Assembly (NCBI GenBank): GCA_041946805.1
Contig: JBHGBC010000014.1
Coordinates: 1-64,000 of the forward strand
DNA: 64,000 bases
Reading direction: 5' to 3'
From: a bacterium
GTDB lineage: Bacteria > Hinthialibacterota > Hinthialibacteria > Hinthialibacterales > Hinthialibacteraceae
Below the pieces are notes generated by a model, which was given only the letters and a program-made list of their open reading frames with translations, was not told where the DNA came from and made no database searches. The position numbers and the translations under genes were made by a program. Below are positions 27,174 through 37,088 of this stretch, in pieces; positions within the stretch are counted from its first letter, which is position 1, and each line of letters opens with the position of its first letter.

Positions 27174-28199
27174 ATGGCTAAATACCGGGCAGCCGTGGTG
27201 GGGTGCGGATGGGTGTCGGGCGAGCATATCGCGGCCTACAAAAACAATCCGCTGACGGAAGTGGCGGCGTTGGTCTCGCTAACCGAGGAGGAGGCGCGGC
27301 GCAAGGCGGAGGAGTGCAAACTGAAAGTCCCCTGCTACGATTCCATCGAAAAAATGATGCAGCAGGAGGAGCCGGATATCGTCTCCATCACCTCCATTCC
27401 GACGATGCATGTGGAGCATGGCCTCTGCGCGGTGGAGCACGGCGCGCAGCTGGTGATGGAAAAGCCGGTGGCCTTGTCGCGGGACGATCTGCGCCGCCTG
27501 ACGCAAAGCGTGAAGCAACACGGGACCAAGTCGGTGGTGAGTTTCGTCCTGCGCTGGAATCCGCTGTTTTCGGTCATCCGCGCGCTGCTGGATGACGGCG
27601 CGGTGGGCGAATTGTTCTACGGCGAGGTGGATTACTACCACGGCATCGGCCCCTGGTACAAACAATACGAGTGGAACAAGACCAAGGCCGCGGGCGGAAA
27701 CACGCTCCTCTCGGCCGGCTGTCACGCTCTGGACGCCCTGGTGTGGTTCATGGGCAGCCCGGTCACCGAAGTCTATTCCTGCGCGGCCCGTTCGAAGGCG
27801 GACATCTACATGGCCTACGAATACGCGCCCACCCTGGTCACTCTCTTCCAGTTCCAGAACGGCCTTTGCGGCAAGGTGACCAGCTGCATCGAGGTCAAAG
27901 CCCCCTACATGTTCCCCATTCTGCTCTTGGGCTCGGAAGGGACCATCCGCAACAACCAGCTGTACTCGTCCAAGAAACTGCCTGGACAGACGCACTTCGC
28001 CACGATTCCCACCATCCTCCCCGACAGCGGCGACGTCACCCACCATCCCTTCCAGGGGGAGATCGACCACTTCGTCGATTGCCTGGAGCGGGGCGTGGAT
28101 TCCAGCGTGCCCATCGAGTCCGCGGCGAAGATCATGGAACTCTGCTACGCGGCCGAGGAATCGGCGCTTACGGGCCGCAGCGTCAAGATCGAAGGATAG
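27174..28199 (+). CDS. Gfo/Idh/MocA family oxidoreductase
   Basis: VVGCGWV, MEKPVA and AGCHALD; AGGAGG RBS. Confidence 0.9.
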   Translation: MAKYRAAVVGCGWVSGEHIAAYKNNPLTEVAALVSLTEEEARRKAEECKLKVPCYDSIEKMMQQEEPDIVSITSIPTMHVEHGLCAVEHGAQLVMEKPVALSRDDLRRLTQSVKQHGTKSVVSFVLRWNPLFSVIRALLDDGAVGELFYGEVDYYHGIGPWYKQYEWNKTKAAGGNTLLSAGCHALDALVWFMGSPVTEVYSCAARSKADIYMAYEYAPTLVTLFQFQNGLCGKVTSCIEVKAPYMFPILLLGSEGTIRNNQLYSSKKLPGQTHFATIPTILPDSGDVTHHPFQGEIDHFVDCLERGVDSSVPIESAAKIMELCYAAEESALTGRSVKIEG

Positions 28200-28210
28200 A
28201 AAGGCCGGAC

Positions 28211-28963
28211 ATGAAAATACTCGCGATTCACGCTCATCCGGACGATATCGAATTCCTGGCGGCGGGAACCCTGGCGCTGCTGAAAGAGCAGGGACACGAG
28301 ATCGTCATGGCCACGGTGGCCAACGGCGACAAGGGCACGCCGGACAAACGCTGCGAGGAAATCGCCGTCATCCGCCGGGAGGAAGCGAACCGCTCCGCCG
28401 CGCTGTTGGGCGTGGAGTACCACTGCCTCGAGTTTCCGGATTTCGAAATCTTCGACGACGACCGCTCGCGCCGCGCCGTGACCGAGCTCCTCCGGCGCGT
28501 CAATCCGGACTTCGTCCTCACCGCCTATCCCGAGGACTACATGGCCGACCACATCAACACTTCCGTGCTGGTGCGCAACGCCACGTTCGTGGGCGGACTC
28601 CGAAACTACTTCACGGGCCTGGCCCCGGTCATGAATCATATCCCCGCCCTCTATTACATGGATCCCCTCGAGGGCGTCGACACCCTGGGGCGCCGGATGC
28701 GGCCGGAATTCTGCATCGATATCTCCTCCACGCTGGGAATCAAGGAACAAATGCTGGCCGCGCACGCCTCGCAGCGCGAATGGCTCCGCAAACACCACGG
28801 CGTCGATCAATACCTGATCTCCATGAAGGAATGGGCCGCGGAACGGGGCAAGGAATTCGGATTTGCCTACGGCGAAGGCTTCGTCCAACACAAGGGGCAC
28901 GCCTATCCCCGGGAGAACATCCTGGCCCGGCTGCTGCCCGCGGAGAAAGTGCGGATGACGTAA
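28211..28963 (+). CDS. PIG-L/LmbE family N-deacetylase
   Basis: MKILAIHAHPDDIE, RREEA, DYMADH and HASQ; true start is ATG 28211 inside the longer track ORF. Confidence 0.9.
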   Translation: MKILAIHAHPDDIEFLAAGTLALLKEQGHEIVMATVANGDKGTPDKRCEEIAVIRREEANRSAALLGVEYHCLEFPDFEIFDDDRSRRAVTELLRRVNPDFVLTAYPEDYMADHINTSVLVRNATFVGGLRNYFTGLAPVMNHIPALYYMDPLEGVDTLGRRMRPEFCIDISSTLGIKEQMLAAHASQREWLRKHHGVDQYLISMKEWAAERGKEFGFAYGEGFVQHKGHAYPRENILARLLPAEKVRMT

Positions 28964-28989
28964 CCCATCCTAAATACCTTGCACGTTGG

Positions 28990-29268
28990 ATGCTACGCAT
29001 GGCAGAAAGCCCAAAATCCCCTCCCCCTTCCCCGAATCCGCCCGGCGAGTTCCGGCCGGTGGAGGCGGAAATCGTGGAATGGCCGGATGGGACGCCGGCC
29101 CCCCTGGAGAAGGAATGGTCCGAAGGGCGGCGTCCGGCCGGCCTGCCCCCCCGGGTCATGTCCATGGAAATGCGCATGGAAGGCTGCGGGTGCGGGGGGT
29201 GCCTATACGCCGGATGCCTGGGGTTGATCCTGCTCGCGGCGGGATTGCTCATCGCCTGGCTGGTTTGA
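28990..29268 (+). CDS. Small Pro-rich protein with C-terminal Gly/Cys-rich TM segment
   Basis: GCGCGGCLYAGCLGLILLAAGLLIAWLV tail. Confidence 0.5.
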   Translation: MLRMAESPKSPPPSPNPPGEFRPVEAEIVEWPDGTPAPLEKEWSEGRRPAGLPPRVMSMEMRMEGCGCGGCLYAGCLGLILLAAGLLIAWLV

Positions 29269-29351
29269 GGGCGCCCGGCCGTCCTGTCCCCTCCCCTGCC
29301 CCCGCCGCGCGGGAACGGGCCTCACTCCCTCCGCCTTTCCCGCCCCGGGGA

Positions 29352-29391
29352 TAAAAAACCACCGGGCCCGCTGGGCGGGCCCGGTTTGGTT
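29352..29391 (-). terminator. Rho-independent terminator of the pilB-pilT-pilB operon
   Basis: 11-bp stem accgggcccgc/gcgggcccggt followed by a T-run on the minus strand, just downstream of the 29416 stop. Confidence 0.7.
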
Positions 29392-29415
29392 CTGGCGAAA
29401 GAGATGGCCGGATGA

Positions 29416-31227
29416 TCAATGCGACGTGCTGCTCAGCACTTCCTCGACGGTGGTGAGGCCCTGCAGGACCTTTTCCCAGCCGTCCTCGCGCATGGTGCGC
29501 ATCCCATCCTTGCGCGCCTGGCGGAAGATGACCGAACTGGAATCGCGGTTCAGAACCAGTTCTTTCGTGGCGTCGGAGAGGATCAGCAACTCGAAAATCC
29601 CCGTCCGGCCCCGGTAACCGGTGTAGTTGCATTCCGAGCAGCCGCGCCCATGGAAGAAAGTGATGTTCTCCACGTCCTTGGGATTGTACCCCAGTTCCTG
29701 GATGATCGCCGGATCGGGCTTGTAGGGTTCCTTGCAGTCCAGGCAGATGACCCGGATCAGGCGCTGGGCCACGACGCCGACCACCGCCGAGGTAATCAGG
29801 AAGGGTTCGACGTCCATATCGATGAGGCGGGTGAGGGTGCTGGGCGCGTCGTTGGTGTGCATGGTGGAGAGCACCATGTGCCCCGTGAGGGACGACTCGA
29901 TGGCCATTTGCGCGGTTTCCAGGTCGCGGATTTCCCCCACCATGATGATGTCGGGGTCCTGGCGCAGGATGGCGCGCAGGCAGCGGGCGAAGGTCAGTCC
30001 CACGGCGTGGTTGATGTTGACCTGCACCACGCCGTCCATGTGGTATTCGACGGGGTTCTCGGTGGTGATCATCTTGAGCATGGGGCTGAAGATGCGGCGC
30101 AGGGAGGCGTACATGGTGGTGGTTTTGCCGCACCCGGTCGGGCCCGTGACCAATACGATGCCGTTGGGCCGTTTGATGATCTTGTCGAAGATTTCCAGGG
30201 TGTCGGGCAGCATCCCGATGTTTTCCAGGCCCAGTTCCATCATCTGGCTGTCGAGGATACGCATCACCACGCTTTCCCCGTTGACGGTGGGCAGCGAGGA
30301 GACGCGCAGTTCGACGTTGCGGTCGGCCATGGAGAGTTTGACGCGTCCGTCCTGGGGCAGACGGTGTTCGGCGATGTTGAGGCCGGCCATGACCTTGAGA
30401 CGGGAGATGATGGCGTTGGCCAGGTGGGGCGGCGGCGGCACGGTTTCGTGGAGGATGCCGTCCACGCGGTACCGGATGCGCAGGCTGCGCTCGAACGGCT
30501 CGACGTGGAGGTCAGAGGCGCGGTCCTTGATGGCCTGCAGGAGAATGAGGTTGACCAGTTTGACGATCGGCGCTTCGTGCACGATTTTCTCGAGGTTGCC
30601 GAAACTCTCGTCCTTGAAGTCGATCTGAAACTCCTGCGAATCCAGTTCGTGCAGGACATCATCCACCGATTCGCCGCCCGTGCCGTAGAATTCCTCGATC
30701 GCGCTGTTGATCTCTTCCTCGGTGGCCACCACGCCCTTCACCTCGTGATCCAGCCAGATGCGCAGATCGTCGAGGGTTTGAACGTTCAGCGGGTCCGAGA
30801 TGGCCAGCGTCAGGGTGTTGGTCTCTTCCTCCAGGGTCAGGGGAAAGACCTTGTATTGCCGGGCGAGATCGGGCGGAATCAGTTTGATGATGGATTCATC
30901 GATCTGGTAATCGTTGAGTTTCACCATCTCCATGCCGACCTGGCTGGCCAGCACGGCGAGGAGATCCTCCTCCGTGGCGTAGGGGGTTTCCCGGGAGGAC
31001 TCGCTCACCTGTTCCAATACGGCGTCGCGGACCGCCTGGCCGGCCTCGTCGGGGATGATGACGTTGGAACCGCGCTGGGTGTCGCGGACCATGGCGGCGG
31101 ATTCATTCTGGGCGGCTTGCTGGATCCGCTCCAGCCGTTCCTGTTCGGTTTCCGGGGGCGTTGCCACCGCGGCGGGCGCCGGGTCCCGCGGTTCGAGTTC
31201 CTTTTTCTTGCGTCCAAATCCTAACAT
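29416..31227 (-). CDS. pilB: Type IV pilus / T2SS assembly ATPase (PilB/GspE family)
   Basis: ASDLHVEP, PQDGR, GPTGCGKTTT, LRQDPDIIMVGEIRD, TMHTND and tetra-Cys Zn motif. Confidence 0.92.
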   Translation of the reverse strand: MLGFGRKKKELEPRDPAPAAVATPPETEQERLERIQQAAQNESAAMVRDTQRGSNVIIPDEAGQAVRDAVLEQVSESSRETPYATEEDLLAVLASQVGMEMVKLNDYQIDESIIKLIPPDLARQYKVFPLTLEEETNTLTLAISDPLNVQTLDDLRIWLDHEVKGVVATEEEINSAIEEFYGTGGESVDDVLHELDSQEFQIDFKDESFGNLEKIVHEAPIVKLVNLILLQAIKDRASDLHVEPFERSLRIRYRVDGILHETVPPPPHLANAIISRLKVMAGLNIAEHRLPQDGRVKLSMADRNVELRVSSLPTVNGESVVMRILDSQMMELGLENIGMLPDTLEIFDKIIKRPNGIVLVTGPTGCGKTTTMYASLRRIFSPMLKMITTENPVEYHMDGVVQVNINHAVGLTFARCLRAILRQDPDIIMVGEIRDLETAQMAIESSLTGHMVLSTMHTNDAPSTLTRLIDMDVEPFLITSAVVGVVAQRLIRVICLDCKEPYKPDPAIIQELGYNPKDVENITFFHGRGCSECNYTGYRGRTGIFELLILSDATKELVLNRDSSSVIFRQARKDGMRTMREDGWEKVLQGLTTVEEVLSSTSH

Positions 31228-31276
31228 GGCCTCATCCTTAGAAGGGAGCGGTTCCGGGCGGTCCCGGGATAGGGAA

Positions 31277-32362
31277 TCACGAGAACAAGATTTTCTTGCG
31301 CATTTCGTCGGGTTCGTGGGCCCGTTCGATGCAGTCTTCGGGGGTGATGATGCCCCGCGTGTACAGGTTGTAGAGGAACATGTCCATGGTGATCATCCCC
31401 AGTTTGCCGCCCGTCTGGATGGCCGAGAGGATGCGGTTGGTCTTGCGTTCGCGGATGAGGTTGGCGATGGCCGGGGTCATGACCATGATCTCGTAGGCGG
31501 CCACCCGCCCCTTGCCGCTGGCGCGCCCGAGAAGGGCCTGCGAGATGGAGGCGATCAGGGTGACCGAGAGCTGCATGCGGATTTGTTCCTGCTGGTTGGT
31601 GGGGAAAGCGTCGACGATCCGGTTGATGGTGGCGGAGGCGCTGTTGGTGTGCAGCGTGGCGAACACCAAGTGCCCCGTCTCGGCGGCGGTGATGGCCGCC
31701 TGCATGGTTTCCGTGTCGCGCATTTCCCCGACCAGGATCACGTCCGGGTCCTGGCGCAGGGCGGCGCGCAGGCCGTCGGCGAAGGAGCTCACGTCCACGT
31801 GCAGTTCGCGGTGGGTGACAATCGACTTGCGATGCGGGTGGAAGTACTCGATCGGGTCCTCGATGGTGATGATGTGCGTGTCCCGGTTGCGGTTGATGTA
31901 GTCCAGCATGGTGGCCAACGTGGTGGTCTTGCCGGACCCGGTGGGTCCGACCACCAGCACCAGCCCGCGGGGGCGGTGCAGCAGGTCCTTGGTGGCCTCC
32001 AGGGGCAGCCCCAGGTCCTCGAAGGAAAGGATGCGCGAAGGAATCAGGCGCATGACCATGCCGTATTTCCCCATGGTCCGGAATATGGAGACGCGGAACC
32101 GGGCCAGGTTCTGGAAGGCGTACCCGTAGTCGGCGCTGCCGATCTCGGAGATGGCCTCCCGGTGCATATCGGGGGATATGCTGTTCATGAGGTACTCGGT
32201 GTCCTCGGGCGTGAGCGGTTCGTTGCCCAGGTCCTCGAGGCGGCCATCGATGCGGATCACCGGGGGACGGCCCACGCGGAGATGCAGGTCGGAGGCGTCA
32301 CGCTCAACGACGATCTTGAGCAGATCCTCCATCTGAATATGTTTTTTATGGATTTCAACCAC
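31277..32362 (-). CDS. pilT: Type IV pilus retraction ATPase PilT
   Basis: ASDLHL, GPTGSGKTTT, TIEDPIEY, AAETGHLVFATLHT and AIANLIRE. Confidence 0.95.
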   Translation of the reverse strand: MVEIHKKHIQMEDLLKIVVERDASDLHLRVGRPPVIRIDGRLEDLGNEPLTPEDTEYLMNSISPDMHREAISEIGSADYGYAFQNLARFRVSIFRTMGKYGMVMRLIPSRILSFEDLGLPLEATKDLLHRPRGLVLVVGPTGSGKTTTLATMLDYINRNRDTHIITIEDPIEYFHPHRKSIVTHRELHVDVSSFADGLRAALRQDPDVILVGEMRDTETMQAAITAAETGHLVFATLHTNSASATINRIVDAFPTNQQEQIRMQLSVTLIASISQALLGRASGKGRVAAYEIMVMTPAIANLIRERKTNRILSAIQTGGKLGMITMDMFLYNLYTRGIITPEDCIERAHEPDEMRKKILFS

Positions 32363-32428
32363 CTTCCCTAACTCCTTCTGCCTCTGAAAGTGATGCCCCG
32401 GGTATCCCGGCCGCGCGGCCCCGGCGGT

Positions 32429-34144
32429 TTAGATTTCATCGCCGGCGGTGATGCGCGCGACTTCGACCATGGTGGTGGTCCCGCGCAGGACCTTGAGCCA
32501 GCCGTCCTCGCGCAAGGTTCGCATGCCTTGCTTGCGGGCCATGGCGCGGATCTGGTCCGTGGCGGAATTGCGGAGCACCAGGTCACGGATCTCATCCGAG
32601 TTTTCCATGACCTCGTGGATGGCCGTACGTCCCTTATACCCGGTGTAGTTGCAGTTCTCGCAGCCGCGGCCGCGGTAGAAATTCTGGTCCTTGTATTCGT
32701 CCGGATTGAATCCCAGGTCCTGGATCACCAGGGGATCGGCCTGGTACGGCTCCTTGCATTCCTGGCAAATGGTCCGCACCAGGCGCTGGGCGATGACCGC
32801 CTGGATGGCGGAGGCGACCAGGAAGGGTTTGACTCCCATTTCCACCAGACGGGTATTGGCGCCCGGGGCGTCGTTGGTGTGCAGCGTGGAAAAGACCAGG
32901 TGACCGGTCATGGCGGCGCTGATCGCGATTTCCGCCGTTTCCAGGTCGCGGATTTCACCCACGAGGATGACGTTGGGGGCTTGGCGCAGGATGGAGCGCA
33001 GGGCCAGGGCAAAAGTCAATCCGATGTCGTCGTTGATCTGGACCTGGTTGATCCCCTCGATCTGGTACTCGACCGGGTTTTCCACGGTCACGATCTTGGT
33101 GTCGACGGTGTTGATGACGTTGAGGGCCGAATACAGGGTCGTCGTCTTGCCCGATCCGGTGGGGCCGGTCATCAGGATGATCCCGTTGGGCCGCCGGATC
33201 ATCTTCTTGAACTTCTCGATGTTGTCTTCCAAAAAGCCGATCTGCTCCAATCCCAGCAGAACGCCGGACTGCTCGAGCAGACGGGTGACAATGCTTTCGC
33301 CGTGGAGGGCGGGCAGGGCCGAGACCCGGAAGTCGAAATGCCGGCCCAGGATGATTTTCTGAATGCGTCCGTCCTGAGGCACCCGTTTTTCCGAGAGGTC
33401 CATGCCGCTCATGAGTTTGAGACGGGAGAGAATCGGCCCCTGCAGTTTCTTGCTGGGGGATTGGATCTCGTGCAGCACGCCGTCAATCCGGAAGCGGATG
33501 ATGAACTTGTCTTCAAAGGGTTCAAAGTGAATATCGGAGGCCCGCATGCGGACGGCTTCCTCGAAGATGAGGTCCACCAGCCGCATGATCGGCCCTTCCT
33601 CGTCCACGGAAATATCTTCCGTGAGCATCTGCTTCAGCGTCCGCCGGTCCTTCTCGGAACCGTATTCCTGGTTTTCGCTGATCTCGGTGAGCATGTCTTC
33701 CACGAGGGCCTGTTCGCCCTTGTAGTAGCGCTCGATGGCCAGCTGGATTTCGTCCTCGCGGGCCAGCACCCACCGGATGTGCTTGTTCTGGAAGCAGAAA
33801 CGGATGGAGTCCTGCGCGGCCAGGTTGAACGGGTCGGATATCGCGATGACCAACTCGTCGCCATTCTGGTCGATGACGATGGCCGTGTTGCGGCGCGCCA
33901 TCTTCTCGGGCAGCAGGCTGACCACCTCCGGCAAGAGGCGCTTTTTCCGCAGCGGGACGATTTCCATGTTCGCCTGGCCCGCCAAGGCCTCGAGCATGTC
34001 CTCCGGCCCAACTTCGACGGTGGCGAAGTCGACGTCCTGCAGTCGTTGCGCGCTTTCCGACTCGAGGGCGTACTGGCCCGTCTTGGCCTCCTCCGTTCCG
34101 GTAACGCCATTGATGACCGCTGTCTTTTCGTCTGGGTTCGCCAT
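32429..34144 (-). CDS. pilB: Second PilB/GspE-family assembly ATPase
   Basis: ASDIHFEP, PQDGR, GPTGSGKTTT, GEIRD and CQEC...CENC. Confidence 0.92.
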   Translation of the reverse strand: MANPDEKTAVINGVTGTEEAKTGQYALESESAQRLQDVDFATVEVGPEDMLEALAGQANMEIVPLRKKRLLPEVVSLLPEKMARRNTAIVIDQNGDELVIAISDPFNLAAQDSIRFCFQNKHIRWVLAREDEIQLAIERYYKGEQALVEDMLTEISENQEYGSEKDRRTLKQMLTEDISVDEEGPIMRLVDLIFEEAVRMRASDIHFEPFEDKFIIRFRIDGVLHEIQSPSKKLQGPILSRLKLMSGMDLSEKRVPQDGRIQKIILGRHFDFRVSALPALHGESIVTRLLEQSGVLLGLEQIGFLEDNIEKFKKMIRRPNGIILMTGPTGSGKTTTLYSALNVINTVDTKIVTVENPVEYQIEGINQVQINDDIGLTFALALRSILRQAPNVILVGEIRDLETAEIAISAAMTGHLVFSTLHTNDAPGANTRLVEMGVKPFLVASAIQAVIAQRLVRTICQECKEPYQADPLVIQDLGFNPDEYKDQNFYRGRGCENCNYTGYKGRTAIHEVMENSDEIRDLVLRNSATDQIRAMARKQGMRTLREDGWLKVLRGTTTMVEVARITAGDEI

Positions 34145-34287
34145 GATCGTTCTTCCACACCTTTTTGTGATGGTTTCACCGCATGGGACCGGAAAAATGG
34201 GGAGGATGGAGGTTTGGCCGGCCCGTCATGCCGGCCGATCGATCCCGCTTTTCATCCTTCAAGTATATCTTCCCCGTGAAAAAAGCG

Positions 34288-36924
34288 TCAAGGAAGGGAT
34301 CGGTCCTCCCGCATCCAGCCCTTGATTTGATTCACGATCGCTTCGATGTCCTTCCGCGCGGGATCCAGGCGCAACGCCTCTCCCAACGAGGTTTCCGCCT
34401 CTTCGAACAATCCCAACTCACAATACAAAAGGCCCAGCGAGCGGTGAGCATCCGCCAGGCCGGGATCCCGCCGGATCGCGTTGCGCAGGGCGGCCTCCGC
34501 TTCAGAATAGCGCTTCAATTTGGCCAGCGCAATGCCCTGGTTCAATGCGGCATGGGCATTTTCCGGATCGCTTTCCGCCGCCCGGGTGAACGCCTCCCGG
34601 GCCGCGTCCCATTTCTCCCGGCGCCCCTGGATGAGTCCGTCGATCAGGCTCACCGCGGCCTGGGACCCGCTGGAGCCCTGGAAGGCTTTCTGAAAACCGC
34701 CGAACGCGGCCTCGGCCGTTTCCAGGCCGGCGCGCCCGAGAAACAGCAGCATCTGGTTGTAGCGGATGTCGCCGTAGTTGGGATCCAGTTTCACCGCCGC
34801 GGCGATCAACTCCAGCGCCGGTGTGGGATCATCCACCCGCGCGCAGGCGGCGGCCTCGTTGTTGAGGAGCGAAACCTGATCGGGCGCCGCCCGGCGGGCC
34901 CGTTCGTACAAGGCGATGGCGTCGTGATAGCGCCCCCGTTCACAGTAGAGATTGGCCAGGTTGTACAGGGCGGGGAGGTAGGCGGGAAACCGTTTCAAGA
35001 GGTTCTCGTACGCGTCCGCCGCCTCCTGGGGGCGGTTCAGGGTGTTGAGGAACAAGGCGAGATCGTACCCGGCCTCGGGCAACGCGGCGGGATTCGCGGC
35101 CCAGTTTTTCAGGTCCTGCAACACGGCTTCCGTCGGCGATTCTTCCTCCAGCAGGCTGAGATTGATCCCGCTGGCCTGGCGCGCCCAATCCGATTGGTTC
35201 TGGATTTCTTCCCAAATCCGGGAAGCCTGCGCGTTCTCGCGGCGGGCCAAAGCAACGAGAGCCTGGCCGTTCTGGACCTCGGGCTGCACGGCGGGCGGCA
35301 GCTGTTGGAGATTGGCGGCCAGGCGGTTGTACCACTCGGCCGCCGCCTCGGTTTCTCCCAGACGGTAATGCGCGTGCGCCAGGCCCAGTTGCGCCCGGAC
35401 GCTTTCCGCATCGCGGGCCAGGGCTTCCTCGAAACTTTGACGGGCCTTTTCGAACTGGAAGAGGCGCAGCTGGATCTCGCCGCGCAGAATGTGAGGCGCC
35501 GCTTGTCCGGGTTGCTTCGCGAGGATTTGATCCGCCAGTTCCAGGGCGGTTTGCGCGTCGCCCGACAGGAACCGGTCCAGCGCCCGGGCCAGCAGCAGGT
35601 AGAGATTTTCCGGGTGGCGGTGGAACAACGACTCGAGATTGGCCTGGGCTTCGCTGGCGCGGTCGCCGGCCAGCTGGCTGAGCACCAGGTTCACCTGGGC
35701 GGGGAAAAAATCCCCGCTGTCCCGGATGGCGGAATTAAAGAAATCGGCGGCGTTGAAATATTGCCCCCGCACCAGGGCGGTAAAGCCCAGGTTGGAATAG
35801 GCCAGGTAATTGGCCGCGTCGTTCAACAACGCCGATTGATAGGCGTTGTAGGCTTCGTCCATTTTCCCTTCCCGCAACAGCCGGTTCCCTTGCTCCAGCT
35901 GGACGATGTTCACGAAAGGCCATTTGTTCATCAGGACTTCCAGGATCCGGCCGGCGTCCTCGGCCTTCCCCTGCCCGGACAGGGTTTCGTACAGTTGCAC
36001 GCCGGTGATCAACGTCTCCTTGTAGGACCAGGCCTGGCGGAGGGATTCGACGGCTTCGTCCGGGCGCAGGATGAGATTGATTTTGGCGGCGTCCTCGAGC
36101 GCCTCGCGGGCTTTTTTCCCCTTCGCCTTCACGAGGTCCTGGAGCAGCACCAGAGTTTCGTTCAGACGGCCCTGGAAGTAGACCGAACGGGCGCGGTAGA
36201 AGTTGGTTTCTTCCTCATCGGCGCCGTATTTCAGGCCTTCCTTGAACGCTTTTTCGGCCTCGGCGTAATGGCCCGCCTGCAAATGCACGCGGCCCAGCAT
36301 GACGTACGGTTCGCACCAGTGGGGAGCCAGCTCGGCGGCTTGGCGGGCGGCCGCGACGGCCTCCTCGTCCCGATGCTGCAAGGCCTTCAGGTCGGCCAGG
36401 ACGAGATAAACCTCGGGGATCTGGGCATTTTGCGAGAGGGCCTGGTTGAGGTGAAACTCCGCCTGGTTCAGTTCGTCGCCGCGATAGCGTTCGCTGCGCA
36501 ACAACGCCACCGCCCCTTGACCGCCTTCGGCCTCGGCGGCCTGATCGGTCTCGGCGGCCTTATCGAACATCGGCTGCGCCTGGATGTACGAATTTTTCCG
36601 GATCCAGATCCACCCGGCGAGCACCAGGGCGCGGGGGTCTTCCTCGCGCACGCGCAGAAGCGGCTCCAGCATCTCCAGCGCCCGGTCGAATTCCCCCTGC
36701 CGGTACAAGGATTTCGCCGCCAGCAGGCGTTCACTGGACAGGCGCGCCCCCCCCGCCAAATCCGCTTGGAACATATCCAGCACGGCGCCGTATTCGCCCC
36801 GGTTGAAAAGGGATTCGGCCTTGGCGAGTGCATTCTGCCGTTGAATCCGCTGGACCACGTAACCGGTGAGGCCGGCCACCAACAGCACGGCTGCCAAGAC
36901 GATAACCGGAATCTTGTATCTCAT
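34288..36924 (-). CDS. Membrane-anchored multi-TPR protein
   Basis: N-terminal TM segment; many TPR-like units (AYSNLG, ALYNLA, AHRSLG). Confidence 0.85.
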   Translation of the reverse strand: MRYKIPVIVLAAVLLVAGLTGYVVQRIQRQNALAKAESLFNRGEYGAVLDMFQADLAGGARLSSERLLAAKSLYRQGEFDRALEMLEPLLRVREEDPRALVLAGWIWIRKNSYIQAQPMFDKAAETDQAAEAEGGQGAVALLRSERYRGDELNQAEFHLNQALSQNAQIPEVYLVLADLKALQHRDEEAVAAARQAAELAPHWCEPYVMLGRVHLQAGHYAEAEKAFKEGLKYGADEEETNFYRARSVYFQGRLNETLVLLQDLVKAKGKKAREALEDAAKINLILRPDEAVESLRQAWSYKETLITGVQLYETLSGQGKAEDAGRILEVLMNKWPFVNIVQLEQGNRLLREGKMDEAYNAYQSALLNDAANYLAYSNLGFTALVRGQYFNAADFFNSAIRDSGDFFPAQVNLVLSQLAGDRASEAQANLESLFHRHPENLYLLLARALDRFLSGDAQTALELADQILAKQPGQAAPHILRGEIQLRLFQFEKARQSFEEALARDAESVRAQLGLAHAHYRLGETEAAAEWYNRLAANLQQLPPAVQPEVQNGQALVALARRENAQASRIWEEIQNQSDWARQASGINLSLLEEESPTEAVLQDLKNWAANPAALPEAGYDLALFLNTLNRPQEAADAYENLLKRFPAYLPALYNLANLYCERGRYHDAIALYERARRAAPDQVSLLNNEAAACARVDDPTPALELIAAAVKLDPNYGDIRYNQMLLFLGRAGLETAEAAFGGFQKAFQGSSGSQAAVSLIDGLIQGRREKWDAAREAFTRAAESDPENAHAALNQGIALAKLKRYSEAEAALRNAIRRDPGLADAHRSLGLLYCELGLFEEAETSLGEALRLDPARKDIEAIVNQIKGWMREDRSLP

Positions 36925-37088
36925 GCCCCGATATCTCCCCGTGTCTACTATCGAAGATAACTCTTGTGAGATGTAGCGTCAATTGAATTGTTGCCCCGCA
37001 TCTCCGCGCCCTGGCCGGCAAACCGGCGGTCCCTTACCTTGCCCGGTGGTTATCTTATACAATTTATTATACTTATGAAAAAACAGCC

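Noticed and set aside
27671..28210. N-terminal extension of the PIG-L ORF in the track (430 aa)
   Set aside because: Overlaps the Gfo/Idh/MocA gene out of frame; the family N-terminus begins at ATG 28211
34183..36960. 925-aa plus-strand ORF, and similar 601/438/629-aa ORFs opposite pilB and pilT
   Set aside because: Antisense mirrors of well-supported genes, explained by GC-rich codon bias
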